64,000 bases of DNA from Bordetella parapertussis (lineage in GTDB: Bacteria; Pseudomonadota; Gammaproteobacteria; Burkholderiales; JACQAP01): NCBI GenBank assembly GCA_945900965.1, contig CAMDKM010000011.1:9213-73212 (forward strand). Reading direction: 5' to 3'. The translations under genes and the position numbers were made by a program. Positions 46,258 to 55,261 of the stretch are shown piece after piece. Each line of letters opens with the position of its first letter. Position 1 is the first letter of the stretch. A model generated the notes under the pieces. That model was not told where the DNA came from and ran no database searches. It was given only the letters and a program-made list of their open reading frames with translations.

Positions 46258-49200
46258 TCAAATTTCCGCCAGATATTTCTCCAACCGCTTGAACGACACC
46301 GGATACGGCGTCTTTAACTGCTGTGCCCAGAGCGACACTCGCAGTTCTTCCAGCATCCAGCGCAATTCTTCCAGCTTCGGATTGCGGATGCCGCGGTCGC
46401 GGTCCTGCTTGAGCTTGGTCAGATAGGTCTGCCAGTAGCGCGCGAGCTGGGCCTGCCAGTTGGCGTCGCGCTCGGGGTTGGAGGCGATTTTGCTCAGACG
46501 CACGGATATTGCCTCCAGATAGCGCGACATGTTTTTGAGACGCTCGAAGGCGGTGCTCGACAGGAACCCCGACGGCATCAGATCTTTCACTTGGGCGCGA
46601 ATGTCGGCCAGCGCGCGCGGATAAGCGGCAAACGCCGGCTGGCTTAGCTTGGCGCGCAAAGCCTGGTGCTCGGCGAGGATGTCATTGGCAATGCGGCAGA
46701 CTTCCTGCGCCACGTCCGGTAGACGGGTTTTTCCTTTGGCCACGCGGGTCTCGAAACTCTTTTTGTCGCGAATCGGATCGGCTTCGACAAAAACTGCGCG
46801 GTCGCAGATGGCGGTAATGAGTTCATCGCGCAAGCGGTCTGCGACGGTCGCTTTATCCTGCCTGCCGCCTTCTTCGCCCAGCAAGGCGTAACGCAGTTGC
46901 ATTTCGTTGAACGCGGGCAGATTGCGGGCCAGGAATTTCACCTGCTCGGGCAAGGCCAGTTGGAACAGTCGGCGCAGACCGCGCCGGGTAGCGGCCTGCG
47001 CTTCCGTATCGGTGTCGAGCAGTGTCAGCGCCACCGACTTGCCTTCATCGACGATGGCGGGATAACCAATCAGCTTACGGCCATCGCGCTGGACTTCGAC
47101 CTGCTCCGGCAGGGCATCGAACTCCCATCCGCTAAAGCCCTTGCGCTCGAAGGATTCGCTGGCCGCTTCGCTGAAAGTCTTGCGCGCCTTGATCCCCAAC
47201 TGGCTGCGCAGCGCGGCGAGATCGCGGCCGCTGGCGATCTCGTCGTTTTTTTCGTCCACCACGCGGTAGTTCATGCGCAGGTGCTGCGGCAGATCGGAAA
47301 CATCCCAGGCTTCCGCGGGAACTTCGACGCCGATCTTTTTGAAAAGCACTTGCGACAAGGCGGCGGTGAGTGGTGTGGCGTCCGGTGTCAGGATTTCCAG
47401 GCAAGTCGTCACCACCTGCGGCACGGGCACAAAGTTCTTGCGCAGGTTTTTCGGCAGGGATTTGATGAGGTGAGTCATCTTGTCGCGCAGCAGTCCCGGC
47501 ACCAGCCAATCACATCGGTTCTCGTCCACCTGATTGAGCAGGTGCAGGGGCACCACCGTGGTCACGCCGTCGAGAACATGTCCTGGCTCGAAGCGGTAGG
47601 TCAGATCGTAGGTTTGCATGCCGACGACTATGGCGTCGGGAAACTGTTCCTCGGTCACCTGTTCGGCGGTGTGCCGCATAAGGAATTCGCGAGTCAGGAA
47701 CAGACGCTTGGGTTCCGCGCGCTCGGCTTCACGACGCCATTTCTCGAGATCCACCGTGTTGCAAATGCTCTCAGGTATGCGTTCGCCGTAAAACGCGAAG
47801 ATCGCCTCGTCATCCACCAGCACGTCGTGGCGGCGCGACTTGTGCTCGAGTTCCTGCACCTCGGCGATCAGGCGGCGATTGTGCTCCAGGAAAGCGGGCA
47901 GGGTGCCGGGGTACTGGACGGCAACCAGTGCGCCGCGTAGAAACAATTCGCGTGCCTCCCTGGGTGCGATCGGGCCGTACTGCACACGGCGCTTGTGCAC
48001 CACCACCAACCCGTACACGGCCACCTGTTCGTAGGCGATCACCGAGCCGCTGTCCTTGGACCAGTGCGGCTCACGGTGGCTGCGTTTGGCCAGATGCGGG
48101 GCAAGGCGCTCGATCCATTCCGGCTCGATGCTGGCCACTCCGCGCGCGAAAAGCCGGGTGGTTTCAGTCAGTTCCGCCGCCATCACCCACTTGGGACCCT
48201 TCTTCTTCAATGCCGAGGCAGGACTCAAGACGAATTTGATCTGGCGCGCGCCCAGATAAATGCCGGCCTCCTCGGTCTTGAAGCCGATGTTTCCCAACAA
48301 GCCAGCCAGCAGCGCGCGATGCACGTCTTCGTAGCGCGCGGGGTTTTCATTCAGTCGCCAGCTCATTTCCGTCACCAGCGCGTGCAACTGGCTGTACAAC
48401 TCGCGCCACTCGCGCAGCCGCAAATAGGACAGGAAACGCTCGTGGCAATCCTGCACCAGCTTGCGGTTGGATTTTTTGTTCGCGAGCGCTTCATCGAACC
48501 ATTTCCAGATGGAAAGATAAGCCAGGAAGTCGGATTTTTCGTCGAGAAATTCGGCATGCGCCTGGGCGACAGCTTCCTGTTTGTCCATCGGACGCTCGCG
48601 AGGGTCCTGCACTGAGAGCGCTGCCGCGATGATGAGCACTTCGCTCAGACAACCCTCCTCTTTCGCCGCGACCAACATGCGCGCCACGCGCGGATCGATC
48701 GGCAGCTTGGCCAGTTGCTTGCCTGTCGGCGTGATCGTGCGCGATTCGTCCACGGCGCCCAATTCGGAGAGCAACTGGTAGCCGTCGGCAATCATGCGCG
48801 GCGTGGGCGCATCTACAAAAGGGAAATCTTCGATCTCGCCTAGATTCAGTGCGCTCATGCGCAGGATGACCGAGGCCAGCGAGGAGCGCAGGATTTCCGG
48901 GTCGGTGAATTCGCTGCGCGCGGCAAAATCCGCTTCGCCATAGAGCCGCAGGCACACGCCATTCATCACCCGGCCGCAGCGCCCGGCGCGCTGATTGGCC
49001 GAAGCGCGCGAAATTTTCTCCACTTGCAGCAACTCGACCTTGTTGCGATAGCTGTAGCGGTTGATGCGCGCGAGTCCCGAGTCCACCACGTAGCGAATGC
49101 CCGGCACGGTGAGAGAAGTTTCTGCGACGTTGGTGGCCAGTACGATTCGTCGCCCGCCACCTGACGAGAAAATTCTTTCCTGCTCCTCGGCCGAGAGCCG

Positions 49201-50208
49201 GGCGAAGAGCGGCAGGATTTCCGCGCCGGCCGGATGATGTTTGCGCAGCGCTTCGGCTGCCTCGCGGATCTCGCGCTCGCCGGGCAAAAATACCAGCACA
49301 TCGCCCGAACTGGATCGGGAGGTCAGCTCATCCACCGCGTTGACGATGGCCTCGGGCAGATCGATCTCGTGCTCGTCCTCGTCGTCCTCGTCGAAAGGGC
49401 GGTACAAAATGTCCACCGGATAGAGCCGGCCTGACACTTCAATGACCGGTGCGTTGTTGAAATGCGCCGAAAATTTTTCGGCGTCGATGGTCGCCGAGGT
49501 TATGATGAGCTTCAACTCGGGGCGCCTGGGCAGAAGCTTTTTGACGTAGCCAAGCAGGAAATCGATGTTGAGGCTGCGCTCATGCGCCTCGTCGATGATC
49601 AGCGTGTCGTATTGCGATAACCAGCGGTCGCCCTGGGTTTCGGCGAGCAGGATGCCGTCAGTCATCAGCTTGATATAGCTGTCGGGGCTGGACTTGTCCG
49701 TGAAGCGCACCTGGTAACCCACTTCCTCGCCCAGACGGGTGCACAGCTCCGCGGCAACCCTCGCCGCCACCGAACGCGCGGCGATACGGCGTGGCTGAGT
49801 GTGCCCGATCATGCCTTGTACGCCCCGGCCCATGTCCAGACAAAGTTTCGGCAGTTGGGTTGTCTTGCCCGACCCGGTTTCGCCGCAGATAATGACGATC
49901 TGATTGGCCTCGATGGCGGCGCGGATATCCGCGCGGCGCGCACTGATCGGCAGCTCCTCGGGGTAATCGACCTTTGGCAGATTCTGGCGACGCAATGCGG
50001 CACGTTCGGCCGAGCGCGTGGCCTCCTCAAATGCCTTGCGGTACTCGGTCGAAACATCCTTGCCGGCGCGAGCGGATTCTTCGATACGACGCAAGCGCCC
50101 GCGCAAGGGCCCGCGGTCACGCAGCATGCTGCGGTCAATGGTGTCGCGTAGCGACCGCAGGCCTTCTTTTATGGTGGGGACGGGAGGAGAAACTTCGGAA
50201 GAACTCAT
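46258..50208 (-). CDS. hrpA: ATP-dependent RNA helicase HrpA (DEAH box)
   Basis: Walker A GETGSGKTTQ, DEAH box IIDEAHERS, length of about 1316 aa from the ATG at 50208. The 152-codon upstream extension in the track is read-through of the repeat element. Confidence 0.93.
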   Translation of the reverse strand: MSSSEVSPPVPTIKEGLRSLRDTIDRSMLRDRGPLRGRLRRIEESARAGKDVSTEYRKAFEEATRSAERAALRRQNLPKVDYPEELPISARRADIRAAIEANQIVIICGETGSGKTTQLPKLCLDMGRGVQGMIGHTQPRRIAARSVAARVAAELCTRLGEEVGYQVRFTDKSSPDSYIKLMTDGILLAETQGDRWLSQYDTLIIDEAHERSLNIDFLLGYVKKLLPRRPELKLIITSATIDAEKFSAHFNNAPVIEVSGRLYPVDILYRPFDEDDEDEHEIDLPEAIVNAVDELTSRSSSGDVLVFLPGEREIREAAEALRKHHPAGAEILPLFARLSAEEQERIFSSGGGRRIVLATNVAETSLTVPGIRYVVDSGLARINRYSYRNKVELLQVEKISRASANQRAGRCGRVMNGVCLRLYGEADFAARSEFTDPEILRSSLASVILRMSALNLGEIEDFPFVDAPTPRMIADGYQLLSELGAVDESRTITPTGKQLAKLPIDPRVARMLVAAKEEGCLSEVLIIAAALSVQDPRERPMDKQEAVAQAHAEFLDEKSDFLAYLSIWKWFDEALANKKSNRKLVQDCHERFLSYLRLREWRELYSQLHALVTEMSWRLNENPARYEDVHRALLAGLLGNIGFKTEEAGIYLGARQIKFVLSPASALKKKGPKWVMAAELTETTRLFARGVASIEPEWIERLAPHLAKRSHREPHWSKDSGSVIAYEQVAVYGLVVVHKRRVQYGPIAPREARELFLRGALVAVQYPGTLPAFLEHNRRLIAEVQELEHKSRRHDVLVDDEAIFAFYGERIPESICNTVDLEKWRREAERAEPKRLFLTREFLMRHTAEQVTEEQFPDAIVVGMQTYDLTYRFEPGHVLDGVTTVVPLHLLNQVDENRCDWLVPGLLRDKMTHLIKSLPKNLRKNFVPVPQVVTTCLEILTPDATPLTAALSQVLFKKIGVEVPAEAWDVSDLPQHLRMNYRVVDEKNDEIASGRDLAALRSQLGIKARKTFSEAASESFERKGFSGWEFDALPEQVEVQRDGRKLIGYPAIVDEGKSVALTLLDTDTEAQAATRRGLRRLFQLALPEQVKFLARNLPAFNEMQLRYALLGEEGGRQDKATVADRLRDELITAICDRAVFVEADPIRDKKSFETRVAKGKTRLPDVAQEVCRIANDILAEHQALRAKLSQPAFAAYPRALADIRAQVKDLMPSGFLSSTAFERLKNMSRYLEAISVRLSKIASNPERDANWQAQLARYWQTYLTKLKQDRDRGIRNPKLEELRWMLEELRVSLWAQQLKTPYPVSFKRLEKYLAEI

Positions 50209-50256
50209 GGGGTGGCGCAGATGATCCTCAACCGGACGAGCCGGAACTTCACTAGG

Positions 50257-50485
50257 GAAGTGAAGGCGTGATTGAGTGATTGAGTGATTGAGTGATTGAG
50301 CGAATGCGTGAACGGTGAAGGGTGAAGGGTGAAGGGTGAAGGGTGAAGGGTGAAGGGTGAAGGGTGAAGGGTGAAGGGCGTGAATGGTAATCGGTGAACG
50401 GTGAAAAAATAAACGCGCCGCCTTGCGGCGCTCCACCCCTCGTCCCTCGCCCCTGGATCTCCCCTCGCCCCTAGTCCCTGGCCCC
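50257..50485. repeat. heptad-arm palindromic element, copy 6 (largest; 4 x GTGATTGA and 9 x GTGAAGG arrays)
   Basis: (GTGATTGA)x4 at 50268-50299. (GTGAAGG)x9 at 50315-50377. Core hairpin at 50415-50431. Right arm CCACCCCTCGTCCCTCGCCCCTGGATCTCCCCTCGCCCCTAGTCCCTGGCCCC. Confidence 0.9.
50404..50431 (-). terminator. Rho-independent terminator embedded in the repeat (for the amidase gene)
   Basis: Stem GCGCCGC / GCGGCGC with a 3-nt loop. On the minus strand it is followed by GTTTATTTTTT. Lies 85 nt downstream of the amidase stop. Confidence 0.6.
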
Positions 50486-50515
50486 TTTACCGGGACCAAC
50501 GCCTTGGCGCTTAAA

Positions 50516-51832
50516 TCAGAACAATCCGCTGAACGGAGAATGTTTCTCGCACCATGCGGCGGTGGACAGCAGGTAGTTCTCTTCCTCAGCCGCGCCGACC
50601 AGTTGCATGCCAAGCGGCAAGCCGCTGGGCCCTTTGCCGACAGGAATCGTAATGGCGGGAACACCGACCAGGGTCCAGATGGTGCAAAACCGCGGATCGC
50701 CCGTCACCGATAGCGTGGACGGCGCTTCGCCAGGGGCCGGGGGCGTCACAATCGCAGAGTAACCGCGGTCGAAAAATTGCGCCAGGCTTTGTTGATACTG
50801 AAGCCGCATTTTCAAGGCTTCGCGATAATCGGCCTCGCGCATGTTGGCGCCTTCGTCCAGGGCCGAGTTCAGGTAATCGGAAAATTTGTCTCGATAGGCG
50901 GCGCGTACCACCTTCGACACTTTCGCCGCCTCGAACAGCATGATGGTCCGCTGCACGGCGTGCGCGCCATCGAATTCTCCCGGAATCTCCAGAACGTCCA
51001 CCGAGGCACCGGCCTCGCGCAGGCGACGAACGTCGGCATCGAACTGGACGCGCTGTTCGGGCGCGGCCAGATGCCAGACCGGCGAGCGCACCGCGGCCAG
51101 GCGCGGCGCGCTGCGCAGCGGCCGCACTTCCGGCGCGATGGCGCTGCGATTTTCCGTCAGGCAGGAGGCCAGGAAGGCCGCATTGGCAACGTCGCGCGCA
51201 AACACGCCGGGTTGATCGAGCGTCGGAGAAAACGGCATGATCCCGCGTGCGGAGATCAGCTCTGCGCTGGGCTTGTAGCCCACAATGCCGCAAAACGCCG
51301 CGGGACGAATGATCGAGCCGTTGGTTTGTGTTCCCAGCGCCCCAGCCACGAAGCCCGCCGCCACGGCAGCTGCCGAACCGCTCGACGAACCGCCGGGAGT
51401 ATGCGTGGCATTCCATGGATTGCGGGTGCGCCCCGGCGTCATGAAGGCGGCTTCGGTACTCACCGTCTTGCCGAACATGATCGCGCCGGCCGATTCCAGC
51501 CGAGTCACCACATCTGCCGTTTCTTTCGGCACATAACCGACATAGGCCTGGCAGCCCATTTCGGTGGGAATGCCGGCGGTATAAATGTTGTCCTTGACCC
51601 CAATCGGGATGCCGTGCAGAGGATGGGCCAGACGCAGGGGCGTATTGGCGGTATCCGCTGCAGCGGCCAGCGCCATGGCGCGGGCAGTATCGAGCCACTG
51701 CCAGGCCTGCACATCCTTTTCCAGTGCGCCAATGCGCTCCAGCAAACTGTGGGTGTAGTTCGCACTGGTCATCCGACCGGAACGGATAAGTTGGGCCGCT
51801 TCACGCAGGCTGAGTTTGTACAAATTGCTCAT
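50516..51832 (-). CDS. amidase (amidase-signature family)
   Basis: 438 aa. AS signature GGSSSGSAAAVAAGF and upstream IGVKDNI. Confidence 0.9.
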   Translation of the reverse strand: MSNLYKLSLREAAQLIRSGRMTSANYTHSLLERIGALEKDVQAWQWLDTARAMALAAAADTANTPLRLAHPLHGIPIGVKDNIYTAGIPTEMGCQAYVGYVPKETADVVTRLESAGAIMFGKTVSTEAAFMTPGRTRNPWNATHTPGGSSSGSAAAVAAGFVAGALGTQTNGSIIRPAAFCGIVGYKPSAELISARGIMPFSPTLDQPGVFARDVANAAFLASCLTENRSAIAPEVRPLRSAPRLAAVRSPVWHLAAPEQRVQFDADVRRLREAGASVDVLEIPGEFDGAHAVQRTIMLFEAAKVSKVVRAAYRDKFSDYLNSALDEGANMREADYREALKMRLQYQQSLAQFFDRGYSAIVTPPAPGEAPSTLSVTGDPRFCTIWTLVGVPAITIPVGKGPSGLPLGMQLVGAAEEENYLLSTAAWCEKHSPFSGLF

Positions 51833-51862
51833 ATTTTTCTAGTGGTGTCGTGCAATCTAAAT

Positions 51863-51998
51863 CCTTGACGCAACGACGCAAAGGCGCAAAGGAAAATACG
51901 GGCGAAACCAGATTGCGAGGCTCGCCCGGCGGCGGGCTTTTTTCGGTTTACCAATACGCATTTGAATTTCTTTGCGTCTTCGCGTCGTTGCGTCAAGG
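51863..51998. repeat. 136-bp element with perfect 17-bp terminal inverted repeats (GACGCAA-unit arms)
   Basis: CCTTGACGCAACGACGC (51863-51879) is the exact reverse complement of 51982-51998. The arms extend imperfectly to about 30 bp. Internal hairpin GCCCG-GCGG-CGGGC plus T6 at 51923-51942. Confidence 0.85.
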
Positions 51999-52003
51999 TT
52001 TGC

Positions 52004-52990
52004 CTACGCTTTAAGGTGTTTTTTGTAGTCGGGGTTCAGCAAGTTCGGCGGCAATTTCCCCGAAAGGGCGGCAACCAGATTCTTTGCTGCGGTCATCGCC
52101 ATAGCCTTGCGCGTGGGTTCGGAGGCGCTGGCGATATGCGGCGAGAGAACTACGTTTTTGATTTCCAGAAAACCGGGATTGAATTTGGGTTCGTTTTCGT
52201 ACACATCGAGGCCCGCGGCCCAGATGGTCTTCTTTTTCAAGGCATCAATGAGCGCTACGTCATCGACAATGCCCCCGCGCGCCACATTAACCAGCACGGC
52301 GGTGGGTTTCATCAGCGCGAGTTCCTTGGCGCCGATGAAGTGCTGGGTATCCGGCGTGAGCGGCAGGATCAAGAGCACGATGTCGGCGCGGCGCAGCAGG
52401 TCTTCCTTGCCCGAATATTCGGCGCCGGATTCGCGCTCCGCTTCGACCGTTGCGCGGTTGCGGCTGTGATACAGAATTTTCATGTCGAAACCGCGCGCGC
52501 GCCTGGCGATGGCTTGACCGATGCGGCCGAAGCCGCAAATGCCGAGCGTTGCGCCATGCACGTCGCAGCCGAGCATTTGCTTGAGGAATACGGTCTTCCA
52601 TTCGCCGTTGCGCAGGTAGGCTTCGCCCTCGGTCATACGCCGACAGGTGGCGATGATGAGTCCCATGGAATAATCAGCCACGCTGTCGGTAAGCACGCCC
52701 GGCGTATTGGTGACCATGACGCCGCGTTTCGTACAAGCCTCGACATCGATATTGTTGTAGCCTACGGCGGTGTTGCACACGGCGCGAATCGACGGGCATT
52801 TGGCGAGAAAATCGGCATCGACCTTGTCGCTCGAAGCGGTCTGCACGCCGTCCTTGCCCTGCAATTTGGCAATCAACTCCTCGCGCGCGTACAGACGGTC
52901 GGTTTGATTGGACTCGACCTCGAAATGGCCTATGAGGAATTCGACGGTTTCGTCGAAAACCTCGCGTGTGATCAGTATTTTTGGCTTCAT
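52004..52990 (-). CDS. D-isomer-specific 2-hydroxyacid dehydrogenase (glyoxylate/hydroxypyruvate reductase-like)
   Basis: NAD motif GICGFGRIGQAIARR. Catalytic region NVARGGIVD...SPHIASA. Start at the ATG at 52990. Confidence 0.88.
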   Translation of the reverse strand: MKPKILITREVFDETVEFLIGHFEVESNQTDRLYAREELIAKLQGKDGVQTASSDKVDADFLAKCPSIRAVCNTAVGYNNIDVEACTKRGVMVTNTPGVLTDSVADYSMGLIIATCRRMTEGEAYLRNGEWKTVFLKQMLGCDVHGATLGICGFGRIGQAIARRARGFDMKILYHSRNRATVEAERESGAEYSGKEDLLRRADIVLLILPLTPDTQHFIGAKELALMKPTAVLVNVARGGIVDDVALIDALKKKTIWAAGLDVYENEPKFNPGFLEIKNVVLSPHIASASEPTRKAMAMTAAKNLVAALSGKLPPNLLNPDYKKHLKA

Positions 52991-53128
52991 CTTTTGGCTC
53001 CCGGCAATTTCCGGAAGAGCCGGATGGACGGGGACCCGAAGGTTATCCCGAAGGGGCATTGCGGATCAAGCAGTCAAGGTATCGAGTCGAACCCATTCGC
53101 CTTTGAGGTGGCCGAAATCGGGCCGCGA

Positions 53129-53776
53129 TCAGCCGGCAACGATGATCACATGCACGCGAATCGGGCCATGGGCCCCAAGCACCAGGGTCAATTCGATGTC
53201 CGCCGTTCGCGAGGGCCCAGACACGAAGTTGACCTGGCGCGGGAGCGTGCCGTGCTCGCGGCGAAGCAAATCCCATCCGTCTTCCATGGCGGACACAATG
53301 CGCGAAGCCGGCACAATGGCGATGTGGGTATCGGGAAGCAGGCTGGAGGTGGCCGATGTCCCCTCGCCCGATAACAGCATTAATGTGCCGTTTTCGGCCA
53401 ACGCGCAATAGGTTCCGGTAATTCCGACCTTGTCCGACGCCATCGCCGGGCGCGGCTCGATTTTTAATCCGGCTCCTGCCCAGTCGAGGGCGGCGAATTC
53501 CGGCCAACATACGCCGATTTCGGGAAGCTTAAGGGTGCGCAGATATCGGGCAGCCGCGGCTGGCACATCGGTTAGCGTTCCCACATCGTCAACCGTGGAC
53601 ATCATCGCCAGGCAGCGCTGCCTGAAGCGTGCCACCGGCTCCCAGTTCATGGAGGGCAGCGGTCCGCGCACCGGGTGCCGCAGGCGATCGATGGCAGGTT
53701 CACGTCCCGCCGGGATGTACCCCGTCTGGCGATTAGCATCCCGAATGCGCCGCAGAATGTTGTCCCTTGCACTCAT
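53129..53776 (-). CDS. lutC: lactate utilisation protein C (LUD domain)
   Basis: 215 aa, immediately downstream of lutB (3-nt gap). LUD-domain length and position in a lutABC-ordered cluster. Confidence 0.8.
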   Translation of the reverse strand: MSARDNILRRIRDANRQTGYIPAGREPAIDRLRHPVRGPLPSMNWEPVARFRQRCLAMMSTVDDVGTLTDVPAAAARYLRTLKLPEIGVCWPEFAALDWAGAGLKIEPRPAMASDKVGITGTYCALAENGTLMLLSGEGTSATSSLLPDTHIAIVPASRIVSAMEDGWDLLRREHGTLPRQVNFVSGPSRTADIELTLVLGAHGPIRVHVIIVAG

Positions 53777-53778
53777 TT

Positions 53779-55188
53779 TCAGCGACGCCTCCCACTGACA
53801 TAAAGATCGCGGAAGGTGCGCCCTTGAGGCGCAGGCATATCACGGCTATTGGTCCATTCCGCCCCGGCCAACGGGAGCTTATGCAGCAGGGCACCCCGTC
53901 CGCCCAGCCAGCGGCCGACTCGAGCGGCAATGCGCGTCGCCACGGCATATAAACTCGGGCGAAGCGCGAGCCAGGCCCAAACCTTGAGTCCGACCCGCTC
54001 GCCCCGGGGGCGCAGTTTTTTTTGCACTTGCTCCTCGCGCAGCTTGCGCATCAGGTCGGGTAGCGGAATATTCACCGGGCAGGCTACACCGCACTGATTG
54101 CACAAAGTCGCGGCATTGGGCAGATCAAGGGCATTTTCCAGGCCGACATAGGCGGGCGTCAGGATCGAGCCGATCGGCCCCGGATATACCCAGCCATAGG
54201 CATGGCCGCCAATATTCTGATAGACGGGGCAGTGGTTCATACACGCGCCGCAACGTATGCAGCGCAGTGCCTCCCGGATCTGCGAGCCCAGCACCCTGGT
54301 TCGACCTGCATCGACAATGATGACGTGAAATTCCTCGGGGCCATCGTGGTCGCCGGCGCGCTTCGGCCCGGTGGTAATGGAAATGTAATTGCTGATCGAC
54401 TGGCCGGTGGCCGAGCGGGTCAGTAGCCGCAGCAGCAGCGAGGCATCTTCCATGGTCGGAATAATTTTTTCGATGCCCGCGATCGCCACATGCACCTTGG
54501 GCATGGTGGTGGTCATGCGACCATTGCCCTCATTGGTGACAATCATGCTGGAGCCGGTCTCGGCCACCAAAAAATTGGCGCCGGTGATACCCATGTCGGC
54601 ATCCAGAAAATGCGGGCGCAGGATTTCGCGCGCCTCGTGGGTCAGTGCCGGTATGTCGTCGAGTTTCGGCCTCTGGTGCAACCTGGCAAACAGCTCGGCG
54701 ATCTCCTCCTTCGACTTATGCACCGCTGGCGCGATGATGTGGGAAGGCGTCTCGCCGAATTGTTGAATAATGTATTCGCCCAGATCGGTCTCCCTTACGT
54801 CGATCCCGGCTTTTTCCAAGGCGTGATTGAGTTCGGTTTCCTCGCCGAGCATGGATTTGGATTTGATGACCTTGCGCACGCCATGACGCCGTGCGATATC
54901 CAGGACCAGGGCATTGACGTCCTGCGCGGTTTCCGCCCAGTGCACGATGGTCCCGGCGGCTTTGGCCCGGATTTCCCATTCCTCCAGCAATGTCTCCAGG
55001 TGCAGCAGGCCGAAATCGCGGATGCGGGCTGCCGCCTCGCGAATTTCCTCAAAGTTATCAAGTTCCCGGATTGCATTGGCACGACCTACCACCAATCTGC
55101 CTCGGGATTTGCGCAAGGCTATCTGCAACTTGGGGTCGGCCAGTTTCTGGCTGGCCGCCTGTTTGAAGCGTTGCGAGGTTACTTGCAT
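53779..55188 (-). CDS. lutB: lactate utilisation protein B (4Fe-4S iron-sulfur protein)
   Basis: 469 aa. Ferredoxin-type clusters CIRCGACMNHCPVY and CNQCGVACPVNIP. Confidence 0.88.
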   Translation of the reverse strand: MQVTSQRFKQAASQKLADPKLQIALRKSRGRLVVGRANAIRELDNFEEIREAAARIRDFGLLHLETLLEEWEIRAKAAGTIVHWAETAQDVNALVLDIARRHGVRKVIKSKSMLGEETELNHALEKAGIDVRETDLGEYIIQQFGETPSHIIAPAVHKSKEEIAELFARLHQRPKLDDIPALTHEAREILRPHFLDADMGITGANFLVAETGSSMIVTNEGNGRMTTTMPKVHVAIAGIEKIIPTMEDASLLLRLLTRSATGQSISNYISITTGPKRAGDHDGPEEFHVIIVDAGRTRVLGSQIREALRCIRCGACMNHCPVYQNIGGHAYGWVYPGPIGSILTPAYVGLENALDLPNAATLCNQCGVACPVNIPLPDLMRKLREEQVQKKLRPRGERVGLKVWAWLALRPSLYAVATRIAARVGRWLGGRGALLHKLPLAGAEWTNSRDMPAPQGRTFRDLYVSGRRR

Positions 55189-55261
55189 GTCGATTTCTGT
55201 CGCGCGCCACTGGCCGCATTCGAACGCGAAGCGAACAGGAAATCCAACAACCCGTCACCCG

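Noticed and set aside
50268-50377. Possible CRISPR array suggested by the regularly repeated short units.
   Set aside because: The units are 7-8 nt and directly abutting, with no spacers, and there are no cas genes. These are micro/minisatellite arrays, not CRISPR.
50209-50664. A 152-codon N-terminal extension of the hrpA ORF (MFPPLRF...HPSPFTLHPSPFT...).
   Set aside because: It reads through the tandem-repeat element and overlaps the amidase 3' end. The periodic peptide is a consequence of the 7-nt x 3 periodicity. The HrpA homology begins at the ATG at 50208.
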